This document shows, in pieces, positions 1 through 14,700 of a stretch of DNA of 64,000 bases. The position numbers and the translations under genes are program-made. The notes under the pieces were generated by a model. It was not told where the DNA came from. It did not search any database and worked only from the letters and a program-made list of their open reading frames with translations. This DNA comes from Ylistrum balloti (lineage: Eukaryota). The DNA is taken from positions 1,488,001 through 1,552,000 of the forward strand of contig NW_026782003.1 of the NCBI RefSeq assembly GCF_031769215.1, written 5' to 3'. Every line of letters begins with the position of its first letter. Position 1 is the first letter of the stretch.

Positions 1-324
1 TGTGACCAGAATAAGGGTCGCACACTTTGTCGGACTTCATCCTAGGAACCTATAACCTAAATATCATTTTTCTATGCCTTTTGATACAAATACAAATTGA
101 AGTAGTTTCTCTAACTGTATTCAACATTTAATAAGATTTAGTCTTTGTACTGTTAGAATAACTTGAAGACACCCATTTATATCAATTGTATCACAATACA
201 TTTAAGATACCCATTTGTATATCAATATGGAAGGATCTAGTATAAAAATGCATCAACCCCATTGCTAATCTTTAAAAGTAATATACATGACCTCTTTATG
301 AAATAAATGTTGGTGATTGCAGAC

Positions 325-3300
325 TTACGTCTCAGTAAATGCTTTTACATAGTCATCACCTGGTCCCTTCTTGGCAAACTTGACTGTTACAGCACAGAGT
401 CCTAGACCTGGTAAATTCATTAAATATATATAACAAATAAAAGGAGATGGGGCTCACATCAATATTCTAAATGAATACCTGTAATTACTACTGGCATACT
501 CTACAATTTCTATCCAGCAATAAGTCAAGAATGCCAGAACATAACCTCTGTCTCAAAGTTGTGGTTGAATTACTATAGTACAAAGAATGAACTCTTGTTC
601 ATAATTCTTTGATAGACAATGAATATGGATGGGCTTATTAGCAGACAATGGCTAAAGGTCAAATTAATGAGCTACTTCAAAGTGGTTCATTGTATAACAT
701 CTGACTTTTTAACTTTGAGGGATGACCAACAAAATCTATGAACATGTGTAAATGTTGTTTGGATACTCTAATGTAAACATGAATTGGGAGGATTTAAGAT
801 AAAAACTTATTTTTTTTAATCTAAAATGTCAAAAAAAGTAGTGTTTATGTAAATTTCTACTTTTAATGGTTTTACTGGTCTTATTATTAAATATTTATTT
901 TCCAGAAGAAATGTTTTCTCTATTTCGAGATATTTACAAACAATCAAACTTTAGGTCAATATGTCATGTGACAGTTTGGTAACTGATAGAAGTCAAAGAT
1001 TTATCAGGCAGTCAAAAACTCACATTAAATTGAACTAAGAATGACTTCCACTCTACTATATCAACAATAATACATTTACCTTTCAGTTGCCTCTCCAGTC
1101 TACCGTACTGGGTCCAACGGTTCTGCTGGGGATCGTATTGTTGAATATTAGATATCAAATCACCTCCTAAAGTCTCCCCTCCTGCCACCAGGATCTTCTC
1201 ATTTAACACTAGTAACAAACAGTGTAGAAACAAATATGAAATATTATCAGGTTTAACTGAAAGTAGTGATACTTTGATTTAATTTGCTTACAAAAAGTAG
1301 TCTTAAAAATTTGATAAAAAAATGAAAATTGAAGTTCTTGTAAGACTGGAATTTTATATATAAGATATTAATGAATTTCATTGATGGAATCACGAGGTAA
1401 AATGTTTTCAGACATTCAAATTTTGTATAATAGATTTCCAAAAGGAACAATAACAAATGTGTTTCATATGAGCCCCTGTCATTTCGCAGAAAAGTAATAT
1501 TTTTACAAAAGCATTAGCTTCTGTTCTCAAGCAGTAAAAGACTTTCTTCTACAAAAGAAGGATTCACAAATAAGCAATCCATTGTCTTGTTTAAATATAT
1601 ACAAACAAACATACCAGTGCAGACACTATACATTTGTTTATGACATAAAAACTTCCTCTGATTTAAAACAATAAAATCTATTTAACAAAATTCTGGAAAC
1701 AATGTACTAAATGAATTTGTATATACAGTATATAAAAAATGCAACCTTTTAACAATATGCAATGATGAGTACTGAAGACTGCCATGAAAACTTATTAAAA
1801 AAACATCCATTATAATTACACATTTCTAACAGGTGTTTAGAAAGGAGACATTACCAACAATGCCAACATCATATGCACTAATAGGCATCGGAGCGAGACT
1901 GGTCCATTGTCTTGTTTGAAGTGTGTAGGATTCCACAGAATCCAAACATGACTCAGTGTTGGGACCCTCAAAGCCCATCTCCCTGTATCCACCACATACG
2001 TACAGGACTCCACCTAGGCTTACCATCCCATGTCCTGCTCGTGCTGTAAGACACAAAAATAGAAAATTTAACATATTTCTAAAAAGTTATATTTCAAATA
2101 ATAAACAAACAAAAATCATGGAAAATCACTGTTCTTATGGGAAAAACACATCAAATTTCAAATTTATTGTCTTCAAACAATGTCTGTCAGAAACGAGTCA
2201 GTTTGGCCCAACTGAAAATGAACTTCTGGGTGGAGATGTCAGGAAATAATGTGTCAACTGTTAATGTCACATTCTGCTTATTATCACATTTCCCCCTAAC
2301 AAATAGAACATGATATTAAGAGGGTATACAGTAAACAACATACAATTAATTAACTTAGCTTTAATCAAAGAGATTCCTACCTGAGATCACAAGAGGTAAA
2401 TGTAGAGTACGGTACAGTACAGTACATTGTATTTTATTTAAGTGAGTCACATATCCATATTACAAAAAGTAAAAAAAAAAACCTCAGTTGAAGACACACA
2501 GATACCGATATCCAGCCAGAATTGGCTTATGAGACACTATAAAACTGTAATGTTGTACCTAAACTTAATAAAAACTTTAATACTGTACATGAACCAATTA
2601 AAAATATTTGATGCCTGTGTTACATAATAAAAACTTTCGTGATGTACATGATAAAGTTTATGTTATAGACACCTACAGTACATATGATGCAGTGTAACAG
2701 CTAAAGTATTTTGTATATAAGGACTTGTCATTATAAAATGAAATTTACAAGTACCTTCCAGATCCAAATAGGATGGCTTAAAGGTAATAGCTAAGTAATA
2801 CAGGTTACTTATTATATCACAGTTGAGTAAAAAATGCATTTTGTCTCCCAACACTATTTGATGAATACAAAGAACATATACAATCTTGTAAAGGAATAGC
2901 AGGATGGGAGTACAAACCTGTTTGGACTTCAAGCTGAAGATTACCACCACAGAACATTGCCAATACTTGTCTGTCACTAAAATTTATAATATTATTAACA
3001 CAGAGTTCAGAGCTCAGCTCATTCTTGTATGTACAATAAGTACTGAACTTATTTCCACTGGTACAACTTTTGTCATCTGGTTGCAGCAATGTAAGAGGTT
3101 ATCTTGAGTTCATACCTTGTAGTAAAGAAGCTTTCTTATGCCACTTGTTAAGCAAAGGATCAAAACACCACATCTTGTTGGTGGGTGTAACTTCCACGCC
3201 TCCTGTCACATAGATCTGTAATGAGATATAAACCTCAGAATAAAAAGTATTAGCTGGGCAGACTTTAGTATAATTGGCTTACCTAGGAACATAAAGTCAC

Positions 3301-6300
3301 TGAGAAAGATGTGGAATCTACATTGACAGGTTACTAATTAGTCTATTAACTTAATTTTTACTCATTTTGATATATTCTACAATGGTGGTACATAAGTGTA
3401 TTTACAATGTGAAGTAACACATTAAAAGAAGTTATGATTTATCAATATATAAGAACTAATCCATCACTAGGAAGATTTATACACCTTAAGTTTGCATAGA
3501 TGTTGCATTGTTCCTTTTATCATTCATAAAAAACAAATCTGTTTCAAAGTGAGATCTTTCCGTTCTTTCCTCTTCTGTCTTTTGTTTTTGCTTTTCATTT
3601 ACATGAGATATGAAAACAGTAATAATAATCTCCCGTCTCCTGAACTCCTAGAGATTTTTATCACTCCTGAACGAAATATTTTATCACTTAGCAAGATTGT
3701 TGTTTTAGGAGATAGATATTTCTATAACATGATGATATTGCTTCATCCATAGCCTCAGTTTGGGTACTTTACCTTTCCTTCTGCTACAGCTGCTGCATGG
3801 TCATACAGTGGTTTGGGGAGGGGCTTTACATAGTACCACATCCCTTCCTCACATTCATGCTTTTCCACCGAGGCCAGTGGCTGTTTATTGTCTTTGCCTC
3901 CTATCACATAGATGTTCCCTGGATAGCATATAATAAACATGTACTTAGACAGAAGTTAAATTATCATAAATAAATGTGTGTGGTAGTAAAATCTGATACA
4001 GGTGGGTGTGTCAGCAAAAGATGTTATACTTACATATATGGTTCAGGTGTGCCATACCTCTACAATTTATGGAATATATCCATGTTTTAAAAGTTTTCAT
4101 TGTCGAGAAATATATTTTTAAACTCTAACATTCATGATAGGATATTGATTCACTTTATTTCAATGTGATCATGACTTTAAAGCGAAAAATTCTCCACCAC
4201 TGATCCCTCATCACTTCTCCCAATCCAGACCTTATTTATTAGAAAACACTTTCAATTAATTTGAAGGAGCAGTCAATGAACATTTCATTTCAGATTTTCT
4301 GATCTTATATCTGCTGTTACTGGTTACAAATCTCACTGAGCAAATGTCAATATTCATGTTATAAAACAACATAAAAAGCATACCTGGGAGATAGACAGCT
4401 GCATGCTGAGCTCTTTCATGCTTCATACTTTCCATGTCCCAAATACTGAGGTGGCTAGGGGTGAACATACGTACTTGTCGGGTGGCACTGCGGGATGCCA
4501 AATCCTCATCCATATCATACACATACCCCCCACATAAGATGCTGCAGTCATTTACCTCTGTGACGGTCAGATGGGACATGGCTTCCATAACACGAACACA
4601 TCCCAGAGGGAACCAGTGTTTCAGGTCGGTATGGTAGAAATGGTTCCTCTCCCAGCCACACCGATCACCAAAATCATCTGGGGGCATTTCAGTATCCTCG
4701 TACAAATCAAACATAGTCACCCCTCCAAATTGCACCAATGTTTTTGTTTCAAATCTCACACGTGTCCTGTGATCATAGTAGGTATACCTTTTCGTAGCAT
4801 TTACCATATATTCAGTACAGAATTTCACAATATCTCTACATTTTTTATTTGACCTGAAGGGCTCATTTTTCATGGCATATTCTATTGCTGGCCAACCATC
4901 CACTACATATCGAATTTTGTCTAAAACATCAAAGGCTTTACATTCCCGAGCTTTAGGGTCATGTTCATACCACCTGAGTGCAGCTTTCAACAGCTGCAGC
5001 TCTGTTGTGGTCCGCAGGTGGTCATCTATCAGATAGTCAATCAATGTATCTGGATCCAATTTCAAAAAAGATTCTGTCTCTGAAAATTGAAGAAAATTTT
5101 CTAAGATGTATTCCCTGTAATGAACTTTCAAAGTAGGTATAGAAAGTATTTCGCCTATACCCAATAACTCCTCAGCATTGTCAAACGTCATCTTCTTTTT
5201 CAGGTATTCTATACAAAGATCAACAGCAGCTGTCATCTGTAGAAATGTTGCAGCACATATGACATCCTGTATGTTATCTAACGTGAGAATTACAGAACCA
5301 GTGTATGCATATTTAATGAGTGGATGGACTCCTTTCTCTGTCAGGCCTTTTAGTTCCACATATTCCTGTCGACTCTCTAGCATATCATGAGAGAACACAG
5401 CCTTAAAATAGTCGCTGCAACTGGCCAGCACTATCTTATGTACCTGGAAAAATATAAGATACAAATTAAGATTTATTCAGATTTAAAATTTTTGCAGAAA
5501 TTTTCTTTTTAATATTCAGGTTACACTATGAGTCATGTATGTTACTAAACAAGTAACACACATAACTTCGATCATCTGTAGTAGTTTGATGGCCAAAAAC
5601 TTATGGCAAAGGTTTTATTATTTTGCTTTCTTCATTATAAATATACAACAGAATATCACAACTGAGTATTGCTAATTTAAATGTATCTGTATTTGTGGAA
5701 AACATTGTTTTTCACACTTACTCTGTATGTGTTCCCCTCGACTTTCACCGAGAAGTCACACAAATGACCAGTCATGTAGGATTCATACATGTTCTCCATC
5801 ATGAGCCGGCCGAACTCCACAGTGGAGCATTCCTCCATGGCCAGGTGGGAATTATCACCTTAAACAGAATCCAGTCAAATGATAAATTTCTCAATATGTT
5901 GATGTCTCCTTTAAACATTTGCAAGACAACTTTGATGATTTACAGTGTACGGTTTTAACTGGATTCACTTAAAATTTAGTACACAATATTAGCAGTGTAT
6001 GATGATGTGCTCTCTTCCTCATGCAAATTTTTCCTTTTTGAACACGGGTACATTATATTGCTATTTCAGTGAACAAAAGCTTGAGAAATCAACTCCTTTC
6101 ACAGCTTTATGTGGAATTACTTCAAATCTGGTACAAAGTATGGCTTGAAAATGTGCACCTCCTTTTTTCATGCAATTTTCTGCCGTTTTATAGAGTTATC
6201 CACATCTGCTTGCATTTCAGTGAATGAAAGTTTGCAACTGCTGCCACACTTTAAAGCAGATTCATTTCAACATTGATACAGAGTATCAGTTTTACTTGAA

Positions 6301-8325
6301 CATGTTTACCTCCCTTTTCCATACCATAATGGATTCATGCTCATTTGCTATTCAATAAATATACTGGCTTTGATTAAGTGCTCTATGGCTATGAAAATAT
6401 CCTGGAACAGAAAGATTAACCTGCATATATACTGTATTACCAGGTTCTCCAGCCATATGTCTTTCCACTTGTTTGATGTCATAACTTTTTTTTCCAGAAG
6501 ACAATACTTGTTGCCAACCGAGTCTGCCTGGATTTTCTCACAGCAAACAATATCTAGTCTTAAGGATGGCCTCCATATAGACCAAGCATGTCTTCCATTA
6601 GGAATATTTGGGATGAGCTTAACAGGCACATCAGAAAACATCCAACCCTCAGAATAGATCAACATTCCCTTGAGGCAATTTAATGTCCAAATAAATTCTA
6701 TATAAGATATCTAGAATCTGTGCAGGAATTTGTGAAAGAGGTGCCCACACCAGTTAATGAAGTATCATTTTCCTATGTGGAGTTTAACCCACTCAGGCTG
6801 ACAACTTACATCATAAGTGATCTTGCACAGACTTTCCTTTTCTAGTACATGTTGATATCAAATTTTGTATAGACATTCTAAACAATCATCAGTTATCAAT
6901 TTCATAAGTTACTTATGTGTTTTTTTTGTTAGTTTTTTTTTTTGTCAAATATATTTCAAATAAGCACTGCACATAACTAGTAAATGGATATAAAAAGCTT
7001 TTAAGCATTTGCCAGCCCCTTTTTAAATTACATGCTGTTCCATTTTGCCAAATTTTTTGCTCAATATCAGTTGTAACATCAGCCATACATGAAAATCAAT
7101 TTTAAATGCCATTTTTTAAAAAGTAAAATAGAAATAAATTTTGCTATTCAGATGAATGAATGATATTTTCTACATTTAGAAAGACAAGAAAAATCAGTAT
7201 TGTCAAGTTAAATATGATTTTAAGCCATACTGATTGTACAATATTTTTTCTTCACAATACACCAGTTGAAAACTAATAAATATTCCTGGGATGCGTATTA
7301 CTGGAATAGATATATGATCAATAAAGTAATAACGCCAGTACGGACAAATAAATTGTCAAATTTTCTAGGCAACCTGCCCCTTTATCAAGACAGAAATATC
7401 ACATAATTACATCATATACATAGAACAGAAAACAGATACAAAGTGATAAACTAAAGTTGAGAATGGTAGTGTGAATTTAGGTGTCTTGATAATTCCTTCT
7501 GCTGAAAACCACTGAAGGCTCTTTATAAGGGATAAAAAGCCATTTGAAGTTGTGGTATGAAAGATGGTGATTCAAAATCACAAATGTTTTACATAATTCT
7601 CGGTATGTTGTGTCTGTTATCTACGTCCCTGGTTGTGTAATGTAGCTACCGATTGTATATGTGATTGCAGAGACAAAAATGTTTTCATGTCTTACTGCGA
7701 GGAAAGGAGTTTTTGAAATATCACTTATCCATACTATCGTTATTACTTCATTGATTATATATCTATTACAGTAATACACTTCCAATGGACATTTTCTTTG
7801 TTAGGATCCAGTACCAATATTGGACATTACCGTCAATGTTACTTATTATATATATATATATATATATATTATGTAGAGATTACACGGTAGATGTAAAGTA
7901 GGTAAGCAACATTTCAAAAAACCAAGAAATAAATTCTGTTGCCATTGTGTATCAGTGTATGTCCCACTTTGGGCTCTTCTTGAGTAAATTGTCTGGGCTA
8001 TACAACACATGTCCTACTGTCGGCTGTTAAAGGGAATTAAAATCACTATCTACGCATTAGAATTTCGATCTCGACTTCACATTGTTCATTACACAACTAC
8101 ACATTAAACAGTAGGCAATCAACCACAGAAACCTGCAGAAAAAGCAGCTTAAAAGGCAAATGTGTCTCATTCGTCTGTTCGTTTATAAATGGAATGCTCA
8201 GCTGATGCTGTATATTGCAAAGGTAGCTGTAAATTTTCGTTTCTTCAATTTCTAGACGTTTTGGCGATTGTAAAATGATTTACGTATTACTGTTGAAGTT
8301 TATGCATTTTCTCACCGGTCGCCAT
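325..8325 (-). CDS. BTB-BACK-Kelch (kelch-like) protein, ~617 aa, 8 coding exons: 8316-8325, 5722-5858, 4384-5443, 3773-3918, 3116-3215, 1855-2043, 1080-1208, 325-407
   Basis: BTB signature (LCDFSVKVEG..VHKIVLASCSDYFKAVF), BACK domain (ELQLLKAALRWYEHD), six Kelch GG blades (QFGG, LCGG, VIGG, VTGG, VCGG, VAGG). All introns GT-AG with compatible phases, total 1854 nt. Resembles the KLHL9/13/26/36 group but orthology is not assignable by eye. The 10-nt first exon is the least certain. Confidence 0.9.
5950..6340. mobile_element. Decayed ~150-bp tandem core repeats, probably from a non-autonomous Helitron/HINE-like element, in kelch intron 1
   Basis: Three degenerate copies near 5960, 6113 and 6258 (gattcact..aaatt..gtacaca.. 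type). Family assignment is inference. Confidence 0.3.
7847..7868. repeat. (TA)11 microsatellite
   Basis: Direct reading of the sequence. Confidence 0.9.
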
Positions 8326-8526
8326 AGCGTTATAAGTTACAATAGATCAGCATAGTAAACTACAATATTTGCATGGTACTGCGTCCACCGGATGTACATA
8401 CAAAACCGGAATTATCTCCCTTGTAATAGCTCTCAATCTCGCGGGAACGCCTGTCGTTTGCACTGAACAGACGATTAATCTGTGGAGTTTTATTAAACAC
8501 TAATTGTTATTTCGTCACATTGTAGT
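8326..8526. promoter_or_regulatory. Putative bidirectional promoter and 5' UTRs of the kelch (-) and F-box (+) genes
   Basis: Kelch ATG at 8325 (-). Plus-strand donor gtaagt at 8527 is a candidate end of a non-coding first exon for the F-box gene, whose first coding exon starts after an acceptor at 11708. Local CpG cluster, ETS-like ACCGGATGT (8387-8395) and ACCGGAAT (8405-8412), TCTCGCGGGA (8437-8446). Confidence 0.55.
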
Positions 8527-9929
8527 GTAAGTATATTATATATGTTATATTATATTGTGTTTAACATTCTTGTCTTTGGAAATGTGATGACAATGTCATG
8601 CAACTACACAATATGATTACAAAAAGATACATCGCTACATGACTTGTACCTGTGTACATTTGCTGTATCTTATTGTAAGACAGACAGGCAGATAAGTTGG
8701 AAACTGTAACCAAACTTTTACACACACACACACACATGTGTAGGCTTTTCATGGTTGTGTTCAGTAAATGGTTTTAATTGAATTTGTTTTTTTAACTAAT
8801 AAGCAAAGCAGAAAAAATGTTCAGTATATCACGGACTTAAAAAACAGCGGGATAAGAAGCTGCATAGACTAAATATGACCAGTGATCGAACACCGGATAT
8901 ATTGTCTGTTCTCATTCCATCGAACGACCGATTTGTCTTCTCATGACGCTGGATAAGTATGGGATGTATTGACACTAAATTAACTCTAAATATATTCAAA
9001 AGAAAAAAATATTGCATCTGTAGCAGTTTTCATATAGTGGATAATTACTTTAACACTTCACTTTAACATAGTCTGACTGGACAATCAACTGCAGAATAAG
9101 ATTCACAAGTTTATTACAAAACATTTTGTACAAGAAGTTGCAAGGACTATAGAAACATTCATACACCACACTTGGTATCACACTTTCCCAATACCCCAAA
9201 TACCTGATATAATGACCACAGCCATGGAGACATTATAGACATAGTTATGGATAGACAACAGACATTAAGAGAACATAGACAATGGAAATCATCTGCTGAC
9301 TCTCAGTCTGAGGCTAAATTTGTGGCAGAGGTCAACAGATACAGTTGAATGTAAGCCAAGAGATAAATTTGATGACCCAGGTTAAAACAAAATTTCAAAG
9401 ACTTGTAATTATGTGAAGGTGTTGCACCATGGTGAGTCATCACCCCTGACCAGTTTCTGCTTTAAAACTTATGCCAGGTCTGTCAGAAAACTTGCAAAAC
9501 CCAATTTATCTAGCACAGCATCCCTTGACCCATAGTACCTCCTACTGACCCTACTAGAGTAGTACTGTCCCTTTGCCAGACTATGGCCAGTCAGCGATTC
9601 CCCAAGTTTCCTGGGAATCCCATGTGCCAGCAATTTTCACATAAATCGGGAAACCCTTATACATCAACACCAGGCAACACTGTACAGAAAAAAAGAAAAA
9701 AAAATGGCAGCAGATTATGCTGGAAATAACCTATTTCTGCTACACATCAGATGTGGATTTGAGGTATTTTACAAAATACTGTACAAACCAAAATATTGTT
9801 CCACTCTTTTCTCCCATGAAATCTTGTGCTGGTCGGTGATTTCTGGCACCAGTTAATGCAAAAATGACTACCATTATCTTGTGTATTTTTACAGCGTTAT
9901 CCCTTTAGAAAACAATTTTTTGTAATTTT

Positions 9930-10660
9930 TGGCACAAAGCATCCCCATGGGAAGCCGCTTCAAGTTTGCGAAGTCAAAGGGCGTGGCCCCAATAGGGGCC
10001 CCAGGAGGGGGAAAAAAGGGGTAAAATTAGGTAAATCTTTAAAAATCTTCCTCTCATGAACCAACAGTCAGATTAAATTCATATTTGATATTTAGGGTCC
10101 TTATGGCAAGTTCTACAAAGTTTGCAAATGAAAAAAAATCTGGTCAAAAACAGCCCCACTAGGGGGCGCTCAAAAGGGTAGAAAATTCAACTTTGACCGA
10201 TTTCAACCAAATTTGGTAGACAGCATCCCCGAGTGAAGGACATATGAAATTAAGTTGAAAAAGTGACAATGTGCCCTTTGGGGCCCATAAGGGGTGTAAA
10301 AGGAGCCATATGTAAAAATCTTCTTTAAATGACTTCTTCTCAAGAACCAGTGGATGGATTTTCTTCTCAAGAACCACTGAGTTGATCATGTCCAAACTTG
10401 ATACAGATGTTCAACACAATGTCCTGCATAAGTCTTGTTACTTTTGTGTCGATTCAAAATCCAAGATGACCGCCATGACCTCTGTTTGGCTAAGACATTT
10501 TGGACTTCCTCTCAAGAATCACTTGGTGAATCATGTTCAAACTTGGTACAGATGTTTTACACACAGTCCTGCACAGGTGTCGTTACATTTTTGCAACATT
10601 TTAAAATCCCCAGATTATTGACCTCAGGTTACTGTTAAGGCCCCTTGGGCCTCTTGTTGT
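9930..10660 (+). mobile_element. Non-autonomous Helitron/Helentron (HINE)-like element fragment
   Basis: Internal cttctcaagaacc and aagatgaccgccat motifs, GC-rich G/C tracts, and a 3' short palindrome aaggcccCTTgggcctcttgtt typical of mollusc HINE-type ends. Confidence 0.5.
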
Positions 10661-11791
10661 ACATTCATATAAAAAGATAACTATAACAGTTACACGGGAA
10701 GGGCAAGATATATCTTTATTTATTGTTCATAGCCTTTGTTTATCACAAAATGTAACTAATCGGATAGTATTTGTATACCAAATCATTATTTGTATTTAAT
10801 TTCAATGCTTTTCTCCACTGGGGCACTGCTTAAGGGAAAAATATTGGGAGGTAGCTTAAATCCAGTTTCTTATTTTGATTCCCAAACTCTTACCTTTTAA
10901 AGAGCTCTGCTTGGACAACTAAGAGCATAATAATTATTTTAGCAAAGTCATAAACAAATTAATCAATTGATAACTGTTAAAAAGACAGTTTAGAGATCCT
11001 TTTTATAATTTATGCATGTTAAACTTTTTCTTTAATGTTAATTTAAAAAAAAAAAAAAAAAAAAAAATTTGAGAACTTGGATGTCAGTTATTTTCTGAGA
11101 ATTTTTAGTCTTTTACAACTGTAATAGAAGGAATAATGGAACATGTCTTTCCCTAATAAACACTCAAACTAAAGTAAAAGTCAATGCCTATGCAGCTCTC
11201 AAGGTGGATATTATTGCTGAAGGAAAATGTTCCCGGCTGATAATGAGTTAGTGAGAGAGTAAGCTAACCTGTATTCTCTCAACTTTAAACACCTTTCCCT
11301 CCTTCAAAATGTCTTTGTCTTGGTAAGGCCAACCACAATCCAAGCTCTTTAACACTTTTGTAGATCATAACTACTTATATAGAGTGGTTATTAGCGCCAA
11401 ATTTGTAGGAAGAAGGAAAAATTAAAAATACTTGCTACCCTTGTTGGGGCATATTCTCAAGGCTTTTACACCCTAGGCATAGAAAGAGTCTACGGCCTTA
11501 GTAATATAACTTATTACTTTTGACTCCTACACAAGTCTGAAATTTGCTGGTAATCACGAGACTGATGGAAATTTAAGCATGGTTATTTTAGGATATGTGC
11601 AAGTGATGCTATTCTTTATTATATTGACTTTATGTAAAACACAAGGGAGTTGGTGGTAATACATTTGATAAGCCTTTATATGATTAAGGTAATTTTTACT
11701 GTTTGCAGATGTAGCAGTTGTCCAAGTACATCAATGAAACTGTGGATGATTTCATACTTGTGGAGAGTATTGTAGCTAGAACATTGCCAAT

Positions 11792-14700
11792 ATGGACCCA
11801 ACAATACCTTCGATATTTCATGGATTCACTCAAAATTCAAACTCAAAAGATGAGTCAAATATCATGATTTTAGCAAAGGAGATTCAGGTTTTAATCCTCA
11901 GCAAACTTGATGGATTATCTTTAGCCAGGGCACAGAAAGTATGTAGACTTTGGTATGATATTGTGGATGATTTTGAAAAGTACTTTCATGTCTGGCTACG
12001 ATGTTGCTTAACGGAAATTTCTACCTGTGATATTGTAGAAATATCAGGACTTCTGGAAATCGATGAAAGTGATGATTTAATATTGACAGCTAACAACTTG
12101 AAAAAGTTGCCGACAATATTTTGGAAGGAAGTGTATGCTGAATATCATAGAAATGAATTTATTAAAAATAAGACAAAAAAGGTGCTGCAGATCGAATACC
12201 CTAAATGCTATGGAATGGTCACAGCACTGAAGTTGAAAGGTAGCAAAATAAATATTACTGTTTAGCCTATCATCATCAAATTGTGGGCTGTTTAAATTTC
12301 TGTTTATCCATCTTAAAATAGTACTCACAATGTGGATCATTTTCAAATTTCATCCGAAGGTTCCCATTGGTCCCTAATTGTGCATTGCCTCATTTTTTAG
12401 CTGATCCGAAAAACCAAAAAGTCAACATGCAGCCATCTTGACAGTAATAGTTTATTATCATTATGTCTTGAAATGTTTTCAATGGATCATTCTCATATTT
12501 GTACTTACTTGTGCATAGTCCATTTTGAGACTTGATGGAAAAACCAAGATGGCAGACCATTGGCCATCTTTGATTTTAACAGTCATAATTTGTTGTCACT
12601 TTTTGTGAGAAATATTGGATGGATCTTCCCAAATTTTATATGTAGCTTCTCATTGGTCAATGGTTATGCCCTTTTCATTTTTGGTTTGATAAGAGACCCA
12701 AAATGGCTGACATGGAGGCAGTCATCTCATATTATGACTGTGATTAATCAGGTGTACTGTAGAGATGGGTATATTAAAATCTCAAACACAGATTTGTCCC
12801 AAATGTAACCAATATGTAATGATTATGTAACATTACACAATATTTAGCTATGTACAACACAGTCAACAAATTATGAAATATAGAAAAAAAAACATACTGA
12901 TCTTCTACTAAAACACAACTACAAACTAATAACTACAACATGAAAGATCTTATCTATAAGGGATGGGTGGGATGGGGTTTTCTGCATTCATGACCTTAAA
13001 AATATGTCAGCTCTAGAGGCCTGGGCATGGTCATGATCACCTCCCAGTGCTCTTGAGATTTTTTTTTTTATTTTATTTTGAGCTTAACGTCCTTGTTCCG
13101 TTTATAACCAAGCCTAGGACACTTGATGCTCTTGAGACTATAACTGATTAGGTCAGAGCACATGTAACTACAAATCTGTTATGTTGTTATTGGCTAGCAC
13201 CTGTCAAGGCTAGGAGGTGATTGGCTAACCAAACAAATCCCATCCTCAGTCAAGAGGGGTCCCCAAGTTCCCATTTCCCCAAACTTGACATGCCATGATT
13301 GGAACACTGACCCCAAGTTGACCAAACTGATAAATGCTGGGCCAACTTTATCAGAATGACAATCTATCCCATCTTATTAATACTGTATTAATTACTTTAT
13401 GCCCACAAAGATTATTATTGCCATTTCTTCAGATCTTTCTAAAATTTTATATTTTGATTTTGGGATAAATCAGAAACAAAAATGGCTGACAGGCTGCCAT
13501 CTTGCATTTTGACTAAGAAAAATTGTTATTTCTTTTTCTTTAAAAGTACTGAAGGGATCTTTCTCAAATTTCATAAGTAGTTTCCCCTTTGTCCCTAGAT
13601 TCCATTTGATTTATGGCCAACAAGCAACCATCTTGGCTTTGATAATTAAAGATAATTAATGATTAAGAGCAAGAATAGAGGAAAGGCTAGGAAGCGAGTG
13701 AAAATATCTAACTTTTAAAGAGAATATAAATACAAAGCAATATTTGAAAAGCAAAGATCCCTGTGGGATCTGTTTTTTTACCACTACACTTGTATTATAT
13801 AAACTCCAAATTGGATGTTAGGTTTTGGAATTTAACCATATGGTACTCCAATTTACACCAAGATGATTACTTAGCACAGTTTCATCTCAAGAACTGTACC
13901 CATGTTTACATTATATATTTAATGTGCCATATATATAGTTTTCATTAAAATCAAGTAGTTGAAATATTGATATCATGTCATTAATTCAGTTTCAAAAAAA
14001 AAAAATAATTGGAGAATTGAAAGAAGAGTGTTTCAGAAAAATATGATGTAATAGTTTCTATTGTTTATTGGGCAAACTTTTATTTAGCCTTCAATGAGCA
14101 CTATCTCCAGAATAAAGGCTTGTTGTCTTTTGAAGATAATGTCTTGTTTAGTGGACATGAAGATGGTAGGGTAATATCCTGGGAAAACATTGATGTAGGC
14201 ATTAAGGATACAACATTACACCAGCATCAGAGGATGGTTACAGATCTGGCTGTCACTCGTGCAGGTAAGTACTGAAAGTCATGGTTTACTATGTATATAC
14301 CATATTGGTTCTAATAATCAGCTCCGAGGCGATTATTAGATCAGGTCAAATCTTAAAGGGATATTCAGCCCATGTTAGGATTTCATAGATGCTTTTACAA
14401 AAAGTGTACAAAATTATCTGCATTTGTTCTGATAGGAATTGTACATAATCACTAAACATTTAAACAAAAATAGGATATTTGATTTACAGAAATTTTTTGT
14501 AGATCTAGCTAGATCAAGGGATGGCAATTATTAGAAACAATTTTCAAAAATTCAAGTTTTGAAACTTATCATTTTTATCAATACTGCAGTCGGGCCAAAT
14601 CATATTCAATTCTAATGTTTACATTCTTGTGGATTATAAAAACAGGATAAATGAATGTAATAGGTGAATACAACTTCCATTCAATTTTATTGCTTCATTA

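Noticed and set aside
1012-1079. Kelch C-terminus KCIIVDIVEWKSFLVQFNVSF from the ORF track
   Set aside because: Likely intron read-through. The donor G|gtaaat at 1079 and exon 325-407 give a better final Kelch strand (LGLCAVTV).
6348-6665. 105-aa minus-strand ORF in kelch intron 1
   Set aside because: No recognisable domain, and it is not needed to complete the kelch frame (exon 8316-8325 joins 5858 in phase).
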